In this document: one piece after another, positions 30,778 through 42,840 of the stretch | How the letters are laid out: the number at the start of each line of letters is the position of its first letter | Position numbering within the stretch: position 1 is the first letter of the stretch | Assembly (NCBI GenBank): GCA_963784265.1 | Contig: CAWAQQ010000011.1 | Location: 12,768-76,767, forward strand | Direction of reading: 5' to 3' | DNA length: 64,000 nucleotides | Source of the DNA: an uncultured Actinomycetota bacterium | GTDB taxonomy: Bacteria; Actinomycetota; Actinomycetes; Mycobacteriales; Pseudonocardiaceae | Made by a program: the position numbers and the translations under genes | Notes under the pieces: generated by a model | The model's database searches: none | What the model saw: only the letters and a program-made list of their open reading frames with translations | What the model was told of the DNA's origin: nothing

Positions 30778-31322
30778 ACCTGCTCGATCGCGAAGTTGAC
30801 GAGCCCGCCGTCGATCGACGTCACCGTGACCGTGAACGCGGCCGTCTCGCCGTCGGCGCTGACGTCGCAGCTCACCGACTGCCCGGGCATGGGCTGCAGA
30901 TCGCCCGCGCAGTTCGACGTGTCCACCGCGACGCCCGCCTCCTGGGAGATCAGCTCGCCGACCTTATGCGCCAGCAGTGTCTTGGCCACGGGCCGGGCCT
31001 CGGTGTGTACGTCGTAGCGGGCGGTGGTGCCCTCGACCGACCGCACGGTGACCACGGCGTCGACCGGCTGCTCGCCGCTGGTGAACTCACAGCGCAGCGA
31101 CTGTCCGACGGCCGCCTGCAGGTCAGTCGGACACGTCATGTTCTCGACCTGGGCACCCTGCTCCCGCAGCGCCGAGGCCGCCGTGGTGGCCACGTCCCCC
31201 CGTTCCAGGGTGCCTGCGCTGCACGCCATGGTGCCGAGCAGCAACCCGCTCGCCAGTCCGGTCGCAGCGATTCCGCGCTTGATCGCGTTCCTCATGTCGG
31301 TCATCTCCCTCATGTCGGTCAT
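30774..31322 (-). CDS. DUF4333 double-domain lipoprotein
   Basis: Signal peptide ending TMAC; two C-x(12-13)-C units (TCPTDL..VGQSLRC, NCAGDL..PGQSVSC). Confidence 0.75.
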   Translation of the reverse strand: MTDMREMTDMRNAIKRGIAATGLASGLLLGTMACSAGTLERGDVATTAASALREQGAQVENMTCPTDLQAAVGQSLRCEFTSGEQPVDAVVTVRSVEGTTARYDVHTEARPVAKTLLAHKVGELISQEAGVAVDTSNCAGDLQPMPGQSVSCDVSADGETAAFTVTVTSIDGGLVNFAIEQV

Positions 31323-31504
31323 TTCCTCGGTGTCCTCAGACGGTCGCCGCGCGGACGTGGACGCCTGCCTGCAGCGCCCCGCGCGGGTCGTCGGTGCGGG
31401 GTGACCGGTCTCCGGGGGTGTGCAGGTCGCCGGTCGACCGGTGGCGCAGCGCGTCGAGCCGGGCACTCGCCTGCCGCGGGGCGGGCGTCCAGGTGCGGGC
31501 TCAT
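31319..31504 (-). CDS. Small Arg/Pro-rich ORF (61 aa), hypothetical
   Basis: GGAGGA RBS + ATG just downstream of the SARP-type promoter; stop overlaps the next ATG. Confidence 0.3.
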   Translation of the reverse strand: MSPHLDARPAAGECPARRAAPPVDRRPAHPRRPVTPHRRPARGAAGRRPRPRGDRLRTPRK

Positions 31505-31538
31505 GGTGTCCTCCGGCTCGGGGGTGCTTCGCGGAGTA

Positions 31539-31592
31539 ACCGTGCGCCGGAGGTCTTGACGGTTGCTTGAGACCGTCTTGACGACCTCTTGA
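31539..31592 (-). promoter_or_regulatory. SARP-type promoter: 4x TCAAG at 11-bp period, 8 nt, then -10 CACGGT
   Basis: CTTGA at 31555, 31566, 31577, 31588. Confidence 0.7.
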
Positions 31593-31599
31593 GAGGTCG

Positions 31600-32996
31600 C
31601 TACGCCGGGTCGGACGCGGGCGGCTCGTGGTGCGGGGCGAGGAACAGGCCGTCGGGGTCGGCGGCGCGCCGGACCGCGGAGAGCCGCGGATACACCGCAG
31701 GCGGGAAGGCCTTCCGGGTGTCGGTGCGGTCGTCCAGCATCGGCAGGTACTCCCCGCCGGTGACCCACGGCTCGAGCGCGGCGAGGAAGCGGGCGGCGTC
31801 GGCGCGGACCACCGCTGGTCGGTGTCGAGGCCGACCGCGAGCGCGAGGAAGTTCCCGTCGAGCGCCGACAGCGCGCCCCCGTCCGGAGCGGGCCGGGCCA
31901 GCGCGCCGCCGAGCTGGCGCAGCTCGGCGATCGCGAGCCGGCTCCCGGAGGGCGGCCCGGCGGCATCGACGACGGCCGCGACGGCGGCGTCGGGGAGCTC
32001 CGCGACGAGCACGCTGCTCGCGTAGGCCGGGGTGGGACCCTCGGGCTCGAGGTGCAGCCGCACCAGGGACGCCGCCGTGACCCGGCGCACGGTGTCGAAC
32101 TCCGGCGCGAGCATCCGCAGCGGGGCGAGCACGTCGGCGGCGTGGGCGTCGTCGCCCAGCACCGCGCCGTCGATCATCGCGAGGCGGCGGCCGCGCAGCT
32201 CGGCGGGCAGGGCAGGGTCGTCGGCCACGTCGAGCAGCCGGAACGAGGTGGTCGCCTCCTCGGGCGCGTCCGCGCACCAGGCGATCCACGCGGGGAGCAC
32301 CCGCTCGGCGGCCGTCCAGTCCCAGGCCAGGTACCCGGCGACGACGGTGTCGAGCGGCAGCAGCGCGAACTCCAGCGCGGTGACCACGCCGACTGGCGCC
32401 GCGCCGCCGCGCAGCGCCCAGAACAGCTCCGCGTCGCGGTCGGCCGTCGCGCGCACGGACGTGCCGTCGGCGAGCACGAGCTCGACCGCGGTCACCGCGT
32501 TGCACTGCAGGCCGAAGCGGCGGGCGTACCAGCTGATGCCGCCGCCGAGCGAGTAGCCGACGACGCCCACGTCCGGGGACGACGGGTGCAGAGCCGCCAG
32601 TCCGTGCGCGCCCGCGGCCGCGGCGAGATCCCCCCAGAGCACGCCGGCACCGACCCGGGCGGTCCGCCGCTCGACGTCGACGTGCAGCTCGGTCATGGCG
32701 GACGTGCGCAGCAGGACCGCATCGGCCAGCCGGCCCTCCAGTGGCGGCGCGCCGTGCCCCGTGCCCTGCGGGGCGATCCGCAACCCGGCCGCGGTCGAGG
32801 CGCGCAGCACGTCCGCGACCTCGTCCGGGAACGCCGGGTACGCCACCGCGGCCGGGTGGTCGCACGTCCGCAGGTTCCACGGCGCTCTGGCCATGTCGTA
32901 CAGGTCGTCGCCCGGCAGGTGCACCGACCCGCCGCACAGCCCGCGCAGGCCTTCCGCCGGACCGCGGGCAGACGTCGGGACGGTGGGCAGGACCAC
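31600..32996 (-). CDS. FAD-linked oxidoreductase (VAO/BBE type); frameshift near 31815
   Basis: PAAVAYP, QGTGHG, VGVVGYSLGGG, ELFWALRGG, RLSAVRRAADPDGLF. Confidence 0.88.
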
Positions 32997-33027
32997 GGCA
33001 CTCCCCTCGGGACGACGAGTACCGGCC

Positions 33028-33059
33028 ATCGTGCGACGGCCGACTTGCGAGGAACTTGA
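33028..33059 (-). promoter_or_regulatory. SARP-type promoter: TCAAG/GCAAG at 11-bp period, 8 nt, then -10 CACGAT
   Basis: Same geometry as 31539-31592. Confidence 0.6.
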
Positions 33060-33064
33060 GAACG

Positions 33065-36000
33065 TCACCGCGACGGCTCCGGGCTCGACTCGAGCACGGC
33101 GCGCACCGTGCCGGGGGTCAGGAACATCTGCTGCGCCACCTCGTGCACGGCAAGGCCCGCCGCCGCCAGGTCCAGGATCCGCCGCTCGGTGTCCGACAGC
33201 CGCCGGACGTGGCCGCCGGGGTTGCCGGTGGGCGCCCCGCGCCTGCGCAGCGCGGCGCGGGCGTCGTCGCGCACGCCCATCGCGCCCGCCGCCTCGGCGG
33301 CCTCGCCTGCGGCCTGCAGGAGGGGGACGGCCTCCGCGTCCGGCACAGCGGGCGAGCTGCCGAGGGCGCACCGGGCGCGGGCGAGCTCGACCGCCGCGCC
33401 CGTCGGGGTCAGCACCGCCACGGCCTCGCGGAGCCGGTCGACGCCCGCGCTGTCCAGCAGCTCGCCCTGCAGCCGCAGCGCCGGGCCGAGGTAGGTCGGC
33501 GCTCCCCAGCGCCGCAGCAGCGCGACCTCCTCGGCGACCAGTTCGACCGCCTCGGGGGTACGGCCCAGCCCGTGCAGTGCCGCCGCCCTGATGCCCCGCC
33601 AGGGGTTGTGGACGGGGTTGGCGATCGGGACCGGCGCCTGCGTCGTGTCGAGCCACGCCAGCACCTCCGCGTGCCGTTCCTCGGCGACCAGCACCCGGGC
33701 GATCTCCAGGTGCAGCACCCGGCCGGCGTCGCCCACGCGCGGGCCGGCCAGCCCCGCGTCCGCCGCCTGGCGCGCGGCGCCGAGATCGCCGCGGTCGAGG
33801 TGGCAGCCGATCTCGACGGCCCGGATGTGTGGCTCGCCGACACCGCTGTCGCCGCCCCACATGTGGATCTGGTCGAGCGCGGCCGCCACGAGCCCGAGCG
33901 CGTCGTCGATCTCCCCGCGCCTGCGGTGCCAGAAGCCCGCCCAGAGGCTGGTCGACATGACGGCGAACAGCGAGCCCCGCCGGTGGGCCTGCGCGCGGGC
34001 CCGCGCCCAGAAGTCCCCGAGGTCGTCATCGGCGAGCATCCGCACGACCGCGGCGACGATCCAGAACAGCCCGTCGTCGACCTCCCAGAGGCGGTCGCGG
34101 TCCAGCGCGAACCGGGCCAGTGCGACGGCGCGCTCCCGGTCGGTGCCGTCCAGCACCGCCTCCCACGCGAGGGCGGCGGCCAGCATCCGCGCGCCGGTCC
34201 CGTCGCCGCTCCGGCCGGGGCGGCGGGGCCGTCCGCCAGGTCGCGACGTCCAGGCCGTGCATGAAGCCCCCGATCCGCTCGATGGCCGTCAGCGCCTGGC
34301 GGTGGTCGGAGAGCTCCGGCGCGCAGCGCGTCCGCGGCCTCCCGGACGAAGGCGGTGGCGACGCCCGGAGCGCCTGCGAACACCTCGGTGCGGCCGATCG
34401 CGACCGCCACCTCCGCGCGCCGGGCCACGTCGTCGATCAGGTCGTAGGCCGCCCGGAGGTGCTCGGCGCTCGCCGGACCGTCGAGCCGCGACTCCACCAG
34501 CCCCAGCTCGAGCAGGACCTCCCACCGCTCGGCGGGCCCGGCGGCTCGGTGAGCGCCCGGCGCAGGTAGGTCACGGCGCTCTCGGAGGCGCCCCGGGCCA
34601 CCGCGGTCCGCGCCGCCGCGCGCAGCACCGCGACCGTGCCGGGGTCGGCGCGGCGCGGGGCGAGCAGCAGGTGTGCCCCGAGCTGCTCCTCGCTCGCGCC
34701 GCACCCGCTCAGCACCCGCGCAGCACGCTCGTGCCACAGCTCGCGCTGCGCGGCGGGCAGGTGGCGGTACACGGCGTCGCGGGCGAGCGGGTGCACGAAC
34801 TGCAGCGGTTGCTCGTCCTTGACGATCTCGGTGCGGGTCAGCACGGCGAGGGCGGCCGCGGTGTCCGCCTCCGAGATCCCGGCGAGGGCGGCCACCGCCG
34901 GCAAGGGCGCACCGTCGCCCAGCACGGCCGCCGCCTGCGCCACCTCGGTGACCTCCGGCTGCAGCCGGCGCAGCCGCATGACCAGCATGCTCGACACCGC
35001 CCGCGACCCGACCGCCACCACCGTGTCGGCGTGTGCAGCGTCGGCGCGCACCCCGTCGGCCTCGAGCGCGCGCAGCAGCTGTCGGAGCAGCAGCGGGTTG
35101 CCGGTGGTGGTGCGGTGGCAGGCCTGACGAACAGCGGCGAGGCGGGACCGCCGAGCCGGGCGGCCACGATCTGCGCCGTCCGCTCGGCCGACAGCGGCGC
35201 CGGCTGCAGCACGATTGCGCCCGGCTCGAGGGCCAGCTCGGCCAGCAGCCCGTCGTCCGCCCGTCCTCCCCCTTGCGGACCGTGCCGACCACCAGCACCG
35301 GCATCGCCTGCAGCCGCCGCACGAGGAAGGCGAGGTAGCGCAGCGAGGCGCTGTCGCACCACTGCACGTCGTCGACCGCGAGCAGCAGCGGACCCGAACC
35401 CGCCAGGTTGACGGCCAGCCAGTACAGCCCGTGCAGCACGGCGAACGAGCCGTCGGCCGGCTCGTCACCGACGAGGTCGAAGACGCCGCGCGCGCCCGAC
35501 GCGGGCCCGTCGAGCAGGGCGGCGCGGCGGTCGGCGGCCGTCAGCTCGGGCTCGAACAGCTGGCGGACCACGCCGAAGCCGAACGCCTGCTCCAGCTGGC
35601 TCCCCCGGGCGCTCAGCACCCGCACCGACCGTTCGGCCGCGAGCCGCCTCGCTTCGGCGAGCAGCCTGGTCTTGCCGATACCCGCTGGGCCCTCGATCAG
35701 CAGCAGCCGGGGCTCCCCGGCCTCCAGGTCGTCCAGCGCGGCCCGCACCGTCGCGAGCTCCCGGTCGCGATCGACGAGGTCGTCGGCAGTGGGGCCGGGC
35801 GGCTGGGTGCCGGCCTGCGCCGCGGTGCTCGGGGCGGGGCCGGCGGCCTGGCGCGGCGCGTCGAGCGACGGCGACTGGGCCAGCACCTCGGCCTCCAGCG
35901 CCCGCAACGCGGGGCCCGGGTCGATGCCGAGCTCGTCGGCGAGGGTCGTGCGGGCGCGGCGCAGCGCGCCGAGCGCGTCCGCCTGCCGACTGCCGCGGTA

Positions 36001-36628
36001 CAGCGCCAGCGCGAGCAGCCGCCACCGCTCCTCGCGCAACGGCTCCTCGGCGACCATCGCCTCGAGCTCCGGCACCAGCAGCGCCGACTCGCCGAGCTCG
36101 AGCCGTGCCGCGAGCAACTGCTCGCGCGCCACGGCGCGCAGCTCGTTCAGCCGGACGATCTCCGCCTCGGCCCACGGCTCGTCGGCGTGGTCGGCCAGGG
36201 CCGGACCCCGCCACAGCTCCAGCGCCTCCGCGGCGAGCGCTGCGGTCCGAGCCGGATCGGCCGCGGCACCCGCCTCGTGCACGAGCGTCTCGAACCGCCA
36301 CGCGTCGACGGCGTCGCGGGGCAGCCGGACCGCATAGCCGCGGCCTTCACTCACGATCACGCCGGACCGCGCCCGTGCGGCGGTGCCCGGCTGCAGGCGC
36401 CGCCGCAGGTGCGACACGTAGGACTGCAGCACCCCGGCGGCGTTGGCCGGCGGCCGTCCCCCACAGCGACTCGACCAGGTGGTCGGCGCGGACGACCTCA
36501 CCCCGGGCGAGGAGCAGCAGGGCCAGGACGGCGCGCTGGCGCCGCCCTCCGAGGTCGAGCACCTCGCCGCCGGAGGACACCGTCAGCTCGCCCAGGAACC
36601 CGATCCGCAGCTGGTCCGTGGCCGTCAC
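33065..36628 (-). CDS. Large SARP/BTAD-AAA(STAND)-LuxR regulator; multiple frameshifts
   Basis: LGGRRQRAVLALL wHTH, ALELWRGPAL/PLREERW/RQADAL BTAD, GPAGIGKT, DDVQWCD, C-terminal LSDTERRILDLAAAG HTH. Confidence 0.88.
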
Positions 36629-36864
36629 CTACCTCCCGCCACCCATCCGGCGCCGCGCTGCGGTGGGTACTCGTCACGCCTGCTCGAAATGATTACCGCA
36701 GCTCGGCGTCCTGGTCCACCGGTTGCGACAGCGACGGCACCCGCGAGCGACCGCGCGGAACGCGCCGTACGCTCCGTCGGGTCCCGAGCCGGGCGAATCG
36801 AGTAGCCTCCCGTATCCCGCCGACTCGCTCGATCATCGGGAGGGCAGGGGTGGTCAGCTACCCG

Positions 36865-38195
36865 ATGCCGGTCCTCGACGACGCGGGGTTGGCCGCCGCG
36901 GAGGCCGGTCTTGCCGAGGGCGGGGTCCGGCTGCTGTCCGGGACGGTCGTCGACCCGGCCGGCGTGATCAGGGCGAAGCAGGTCCCGTCCGCGCGTGCGG
37001 GAGCGTTCCACGTCGCCGGGATGGGCGCGTCGCCGAGCTGGAACGTGTTCTGCATCGACAACGCCCTCGCGTTCCGCCCCGGGTTCGACGTGGTCGGGGA
37101 CCTGCGGCTGCGGGCGGATCTCGCCGCCATGCACGTGCTCGGCGACGGGCTCGCGTGGGCACCGGCCGAGATGTTCGCCCAGGACGGCGACCCGGTCCCG
37201 GTCTGCACCCGTGGTCTCCTGCGTCGGACGCAGGCGGAACTGGCCGGACGTGGGCTGACCGCGCTGGTCGGTGCGGAGCTGGAGTTCGTGGTGCCGGAGC
37301 AGGTCGGCCGGCCCTGGAACGCCTACGGGCTCGGGCCGGTACTGGACGTCGAGCGATTCGTGCTCGACCTCGTCGACACGTGCACCGCGGTGGGCCTGCC
37401 GCTGGAGCAGGTGCACGCCGAGTACGGGGACGGTCAGTTCGAGTTCTCGCTGGCGCCCCACCGACCCGCTCACCGCGGCGGACCACGTCGTCCTGGCCCG
37501 CGTGCTCGCCTGCCGGTGCGCCCGGCGCCACGGGCTCACCGCCTCGTTCTCCCCGCAGCCCTTCGCCGGAGGTGCCGGCAACGGTGCGCACCAGCACCTC
37601 TCGCTGTTCTCGGACGGCGTCCCGCTGTTCTCGGGCGGCGCGCGGGCCGCACGGGCTCACCCCGGAGGGCGAGGCGGCGATCGCCGGGATCGTGGCCGGG
37701 CTGCCGGAGCTGCTCGGCGTGTTCGCCGGATCGGTGCTGTCCGCGCATCGGCTCCAGCCCGGGCACTGGTCGGGCGCCTACGCCTGTTGGGGGCTGGAGA
37801 ACCGGGAGGCCGCGGTGCGGCTGTGCGCCGCGACGCCGGGCAACCCGCACGGCGCGAGCGTCGAGCTCAAGTGCATCGACCCGTCCGCGAACCCCTACCT
37901 GGCCACCGCCGCCCTGCTCGGGCTGGCCGCGGACGGCGTGGCCCGTGGCGCGGCCCTGCCGCCCGAGACTGACCGTCGACCCGGCCGAGTCGACCGGCGC
38001 GGAGCGGCCGTCCGGCTGCCGATGGATCAGGCCGCGGCGCTCGCCGCCCTCGACGCCTCGCCGCTGGCGCAGCGCCTGATCGGCGCCGAGATCCGCACGG
38101 CGCTGAGCGCGGTGCGCCACTACGAGCTGGAGACCTACGGCCAGGAGGACGTCGCCGTGGTGGCCGAGCGGTTCCGCTTCACCTGGTCGGCCTGA
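36865..38195 (+). CDS. Glutamine synthetase-like (gamma-glutamyl ligase) protein; frameshifts
   Basis: GAELEF, HAEYGDGQFE, GNGAHQHLS, WGLENREAAVR, DPSANPYLA. Confidence 0.88.
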
Positions 38196-38210
38196 GCCGC
38201 ATGCAGGTGG

Positions 38211-39025
38211 TCAGAAGCCGTAGCGGACGACCCGGTCGCCGGTCCGGTGGAACCGGGTGGCGCGGGCGGTGAGGCGCGCGAAGGTCCTCCACGGCTGCGG
38301 GTACCTGGCCACCTCGGGTGAGCGCGCGGCCAGTAGCTCCTCGACCAGCGTCAGGCGGGCATCCCAGCTCTCCGGCTCGTGCGGGTCGACGAACCCGTCA
38401 CCCACGGCCTGCACGTTCACGGCCCGGAAGGCCGGGCCGGCCGGTGCCCGCATCGCGATCGGGTGGTAGACGTTGAACGCGAACTCCCCGCCCGAGAAGT
38501 GGGAGGTCACGGCGCGCGCCAGTGCCGTGAAGGCGGCGCCGGGCATCACGGCCATCAGGCCGTCGCAGACGATCATCGCGGGCCGGTCGGCGGGGACCCC
38601 GTCGAGCCACCCGCTGCTGCCGAGGTTCGGTCAGATCGGCACCGATCAGCTGTGCGCGGCCGGGCAGGAGGCGCTCGCGCAGCCGGACGACCTCGGGAAG
38701 GTCGACGTCGTACCAGTCGACGCCCGACGGTGGGTCGCACCGGTGCTCCCGGGGGTCCAGACCGCAGCCCAGGTCGAGCACCACCGCGTGCGGGTGGCGC
38801 TCGACGAATCCGCGTACGAGGTCGTCCAGGGTCTTCGCGCGCACCGCGTGCACGGCCGCCAGGATCCTCCCGGCCGGCAGGCGGGTGAAGTCGTAGTCGA
38901 TCCTCTCGACGAGCTCGGCCGAGACGGTGTCGCCGAGGATCGGGTTGCTGCGACCGGCAGTCCAGCGCGCGCAGCTTCAGCGGAACGAACAGGATCTCCT
39001 GGACGGGCGTCAGCCCGGCGAACAT
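38211..39025 (-). CDS. Class I SAM methyltransferase (LCM/TcmP-like); frameshifts
   Basis: PL..RALD, VLDLGCGLD, WYDVDLPEV, ADLT. Confidence 0.8.
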
Positions 39026-39149
39026 GGTGTCCACAACTCTCCCGGGTCGTGTCGGCGGCGGTGTGGTGGCGACCCTGTGGTCGAACGCCCTGCGGGTGAG
39101 GAGTTGAGTGGTGCTCGTGCCCGTTCGTCCCACCTGCGTCGGCAGCCCA

Positions 39150-39204
39150 CTTTGCGGACGCCGATCGCAAAGAACCGTATCTCTTTGCGACCGCCGATCG
39201 CAAG
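39150..39204. promoter_or_regulatory. Two TTTGCG-N9-CGCAA palindromes, TetR operators
   Basis: 39150-39172 and 39184-39204, between the divergent methyltransferase and tetR genes. Confidence 0.65.
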
Positions 39205-39215
39205 GTCGGTGGGCC

Positions 39216-39906
39216 ATGACCCGCGTGCCGATCTGGCTCCGACCCGTCTCCGAGTCGAACATGGGGCGACCCGCGGAGTGGAGCCGGGAGCAGATCACGA
39301 CGGCCGCGATCACCGTCGCGGAGGCCGACGGGTTGGCCGCGGTGACCATGCGCCGGGTCGCCGCCGAGCTGGGCACGGCCTCCGCCTCGTTGTACCGCCA
39401 TCTCGCCACCCGCGACGATCTGATCGACCTCATGGTCGATCGGGCGTTCGGGGAGTACGAACCGGTGCCGCAGACCGGCGACTGGCGTGCCGACACCGTC
39501 GCCGAACAGCTGCAACGGCTCCGATACCTGCGCAGCCGGCCGTGGCTGCTCGACGCGGTCCTCGACCGGCCGGCGGTCGGGCCCAACGTCCTGCGGCTCT
39601 TCGAGCACTCCCTGGGACTCCTCGCGGCCCACCCCGCTCCCGGGCTCTTCCAAGATGGAGGCTGTCGGCGTGCTCACCGGGATGGTGCAGACCTACGCCC
39701 AGAACGAACGCCCCGGCGCGGGCGTCCTGGACGAGGACTTCATGGCCGCCCAGGCAACGATCCTCATGCGCGCGGCCGCCGACGGCACCCACCCGCATCT
39801 GGCCGCCGCACTGGCCGGACCGCCGCCGAGCCCGAGCGAGGCAGGCGACGACCGCCTGGCTCGGATCCTCGGCCTCGTCCTGGACGGGTTGTTGCCCGAC
39901 TCGTAG
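39216..39906 (+). CDS. TetR family regulator; frameshift near 39650
   Basis: [24 protein letters not shown]. Confidence 0.88.
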
Positions 39907-39920
39907 CGAGTGTTCCGCCA

Positions 39921-40500
39921 TCACCCGTCGGAGCGCATCCAGGGCCACGCGCAGCTGCTCCTCGACGGTGGCGCATGCCGTCAGCCGGTTGTCGACCGCG
40001 ACGTGCGCGACGGCGGGCGGACAGGCGGGTCGCATCCGCGCCACGAACTCGTCGAACGCCGCCAGCTTCGCGGTGTCCCGCGGTGAACCCCTGCGCCCGA
40101 GCCGGGACCGGAGCGTCTGCGCGTCCGACCGGACCCAGACCAGCCGGACCGCCCCGCCACCCAGCTCCTCGACCCACGCCCGCCACCCCGCGCTCGTGGA
40201 TCTGCCCGGTGAACGGCCCGCACAGCAGCACCGGACAGCCCCGCGAGCGGATCTCCCGCGCGCGTGGCGGTCATGCCGCCGTACTCGTGGACCTTGACGT
40301 GCTCGTCGTACCAGGCCCCCTCACGCTCCCCCGGCGGCCGCCCGGCCGCGGCGCAGCGTCGCCGCGACGAACGACCCGTAGAGCGTGTCCTTGTCCAGCA
40401 GCGCCGGCACCGGCTCCAGCAGCGCCAGCAGCCGATCGGCCACGGTGCTCTTCCCGGCACCCGGCGGGCCGGCGACCACCCACACGTCCGCGAGCCTCAC
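39921..40500 (-). CDS. Small P-loop kinase (AAA_33-like); frameshifts, 3' end approximate
   Basis: [20 protein letters not shown] lid. Confidence 0.7.
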
Positions 40501-40659
40501 GAACAGCGACCCTAGGCCTGAACCCGTGGACGCACCGGCTGCGCGAGCACGCGCCGACCGCGCTGTACAGCGGACGGCTCGAATCCGCCATCTGGCGGTG
40601 CGGGGTACGGGAAGGCGGTGGGAAACTTCGGCCTCCATTCGGACCAGAGGGGGCCCACG

Positions 40660-40926
40660 TTGCCGACCGTGATCGCATACCACGAGGTCAACGACCAGCA
40701 GCATTGGCTCGCATCAGCCAACCGCCAGAAGTTCTTCGCCCCGCTCGGCGTGACGGGCATCCGCGAGTTCGTGGATCCGCAGAACCCGTCGCGGGTGGCG
40801 GTGCTGCTCGAGGTCCCCGACATGGATGCGCTCGCCGCCGCCCTGCAGACGGAGGACGCCGCGCGCGTGATGGCCGAGGACGGGCTGCGGCCGGAGACGC
40901 TCGTCATGCTCGTCGCGGCGACCTGA
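40660..40926 (+). CDS. Small hypothetical protein (possible dimeric alpha/beta barrel)
   Basis: 88 aa with protein-like composition; GAGGGG RBS, TTG start. Confidence 0.6.
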   Translation: MPTVIAYHEVNDQQHWLASANRQKFFAPLGVTGIREFVDPQNPSRVAVLLEVPDMDALAAALQTEDAARVMAEDGLRPETLVMLVAAT

Positions 40927-40970
40927 CCGCGGGCGACCCGCCTACGTGGACACCACGCTGTGACACCCGG

Positions 40971-41375
40971 CTAGGCGGTCACCGAGTCGAGCATCGCCGC
41001 GTCGTCCCGCACGGCCCAGTGCTCCACGACCAGGTCGTCGTCGAAGCGGAAGATGTGGACCTGCGGCCAGGTGACGAGGTTGCCCTTGACCGGCAGCCCG
41101 GCTGAGCCGGGGGAAGCCGCTCCGATGTGTCGGCCGCGCGCGGTGTACCACATCATCACCGTGTCCTCGGTGCACGTGACGAGATGCAGCTCCACGCTGG
41201 TCTCGGCGAAGCTCTCCTCGCGCCAGCGGCCCACTGTGGTGAAGATGTCCAGCCCGCGCTGCCCGCTCACGTTGTCGTAGAAGTCGGGCGAGAACTTCTT
41301 CATGACCGACATGTCGCCGGTCGTGGAGTAGGCGATGTACCCGTCCGCCAATGCCTGCGCCGTCGCCTGATCCAT
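40971..41375 (-). CDS. SnoaL-like ester cyclase (NTF2 fold)
   Basis: GRHIG...HIFRF..VEHWAVRDD. Confidence 0.8.
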   Translation of the reverse strand: MDQATAQALADGYIAYSTTGDMSVMKKFSPDFYDNVSGQRGLDIFTTVGRWREESFAETSVELHLVTCTEDTVMMWYTARGRHIGAASPGSAGLPVKGNLVTWPQVHIFRFDDDLVVEHWAVRDDAAMLDSVTA

Positions 41376-41425
41376 CCATCCAGTATCGGCCGGTCAACGG
41401 CCGCCACACAATCGCCGCGGTCGGC

Positions 41426-42735
41426 TCACGAGCTGGAGAACGCCTGGTGCGGTGAGACGGAACCGCCGACGAGGTGCCGGCCGAGCCTGCGGGCCAGCGC
41501 CATGACGGTGAAGGTCGGGGGGAGGCCCCAGGCGATGGGGATGACCGAGGCGTCGCAGACGTAGAGGCCGCGGATCTCGGTCTGCAGGTCGGTGTCGACG
41601 ACGTCGCCGACCTTCGCCGTGCCGCCGGGATGCACGGCGACGTGACCGGCCTGGAAGATCGACGCGGGCGCCTGCGTGCCGAAGGATCTCGCGGGCCTGC
41701 GCGGCGCCCCGGTCGAGGATGGCGCGATCCGCCGCGGTCAGCGGCTTCGCGACGCCACCGCGCCTGGTGAGGGCACCGCTGAGCGCGTCGCGGGCCTTGA
41801 CCATCACCGTCAGCGTGGACCGGTAGGCCAGCACCCGGTCCGGGCGGCCTGCCGCGACCGTGAAGGCGTTGTGCAGCCACTGCGGGCGGCACAGGTCGGT
41901 GAGCAGGTAGCCGTCGTCGAGCCGGTCGACCGCGGCCAGCATCGGCGGCTCCGCGTCTGCGTCGAGGCCGTCGACCGTGCCCGACACGGCGAGTACCGGG
42001 TCGTAGAAGAAGTCCCGACCGGCCCGCTCGATCCCGCTCGCGCGCAGGATCATCGGGGAGCCGAGCCCGCCTGCTGCCAGCACGACCCGCCCGGCGTTCA
42101 CCACCCTCCGCCGTCCACCGACCCGCAGCTCGACCCCGCACGCGGCCCCGGACCGCACGACCACCCGCACCGCAGCGGCCCGGGTGACGAGCCGGGCACC
42201 CGCCCCGACCGCGTCGTCGACGAACGACCGCGCGGTCCACCGGGCCGCGCCGTAGGCGCCGAGACCCTCGCGGCGCAGGAGATCCTGGTCGACGAACTTC
42301 GGGATCGGCTGCCAGTCGAGCCCGAGCGCCTGCGCGCTGTCCATCAGCCGGCCCGCCCGCGGACCCATCAGCTCCCGCGGCAACGCGGCCGGGCGCAGCT
42401 CCCGGCGCAGGGCGTCGGCGTCGGCGCGCAGGTCCAGGCCGTGCGCGCGGAGCAGCGCGTGCGGCGGTTCCCACGCCGAGCCGAAGAAGTACATCGAACT
42501 GCCGCCGAGGGTCACGCCCCGCAGCACCAGCACCGACCCCGTCCGGAACAGGCTGCGGCCAGGCATGAACAGCTCGCGCAACGACTGCCGGGCCCGCCCG
42601 CTCGGCGGGTCGGCACGCCCCCGCTCGACGACGAGCACCCGCGCCCCGCCCCGAGCCAGCTCGCGCGCGACCCCCGCACCACCGGGACCGCTGCCGACCA
42701 CGACGCAGTCGAACGCCGCGGACCCCGAGCGTCAT
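41426..42735 (-). CDS. GMC-family FAD oxidoreductase; frameshifts
   Basis: VVGSGPGG, LGGSS, LAAGGLGSP, HPGGT, LYVCDASVIP. Confidence 0.82.
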
Positions 42736-42840
42736 GACGCCCCGCCAGCGCACGGAACCAGCATCGGGCATCGAGGCCCACCGGAGCACCACCCGTCGGT
42801 TGTCGGCCGCGGCGACGGCGAGCCGGTCGACGTGATCCGC

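Noticed and set aside
40935-40965. TGTCACA as an ECF41 -35 element
   Set aside because: No CGTC at the required spacing, and it lies between convergent gene ends
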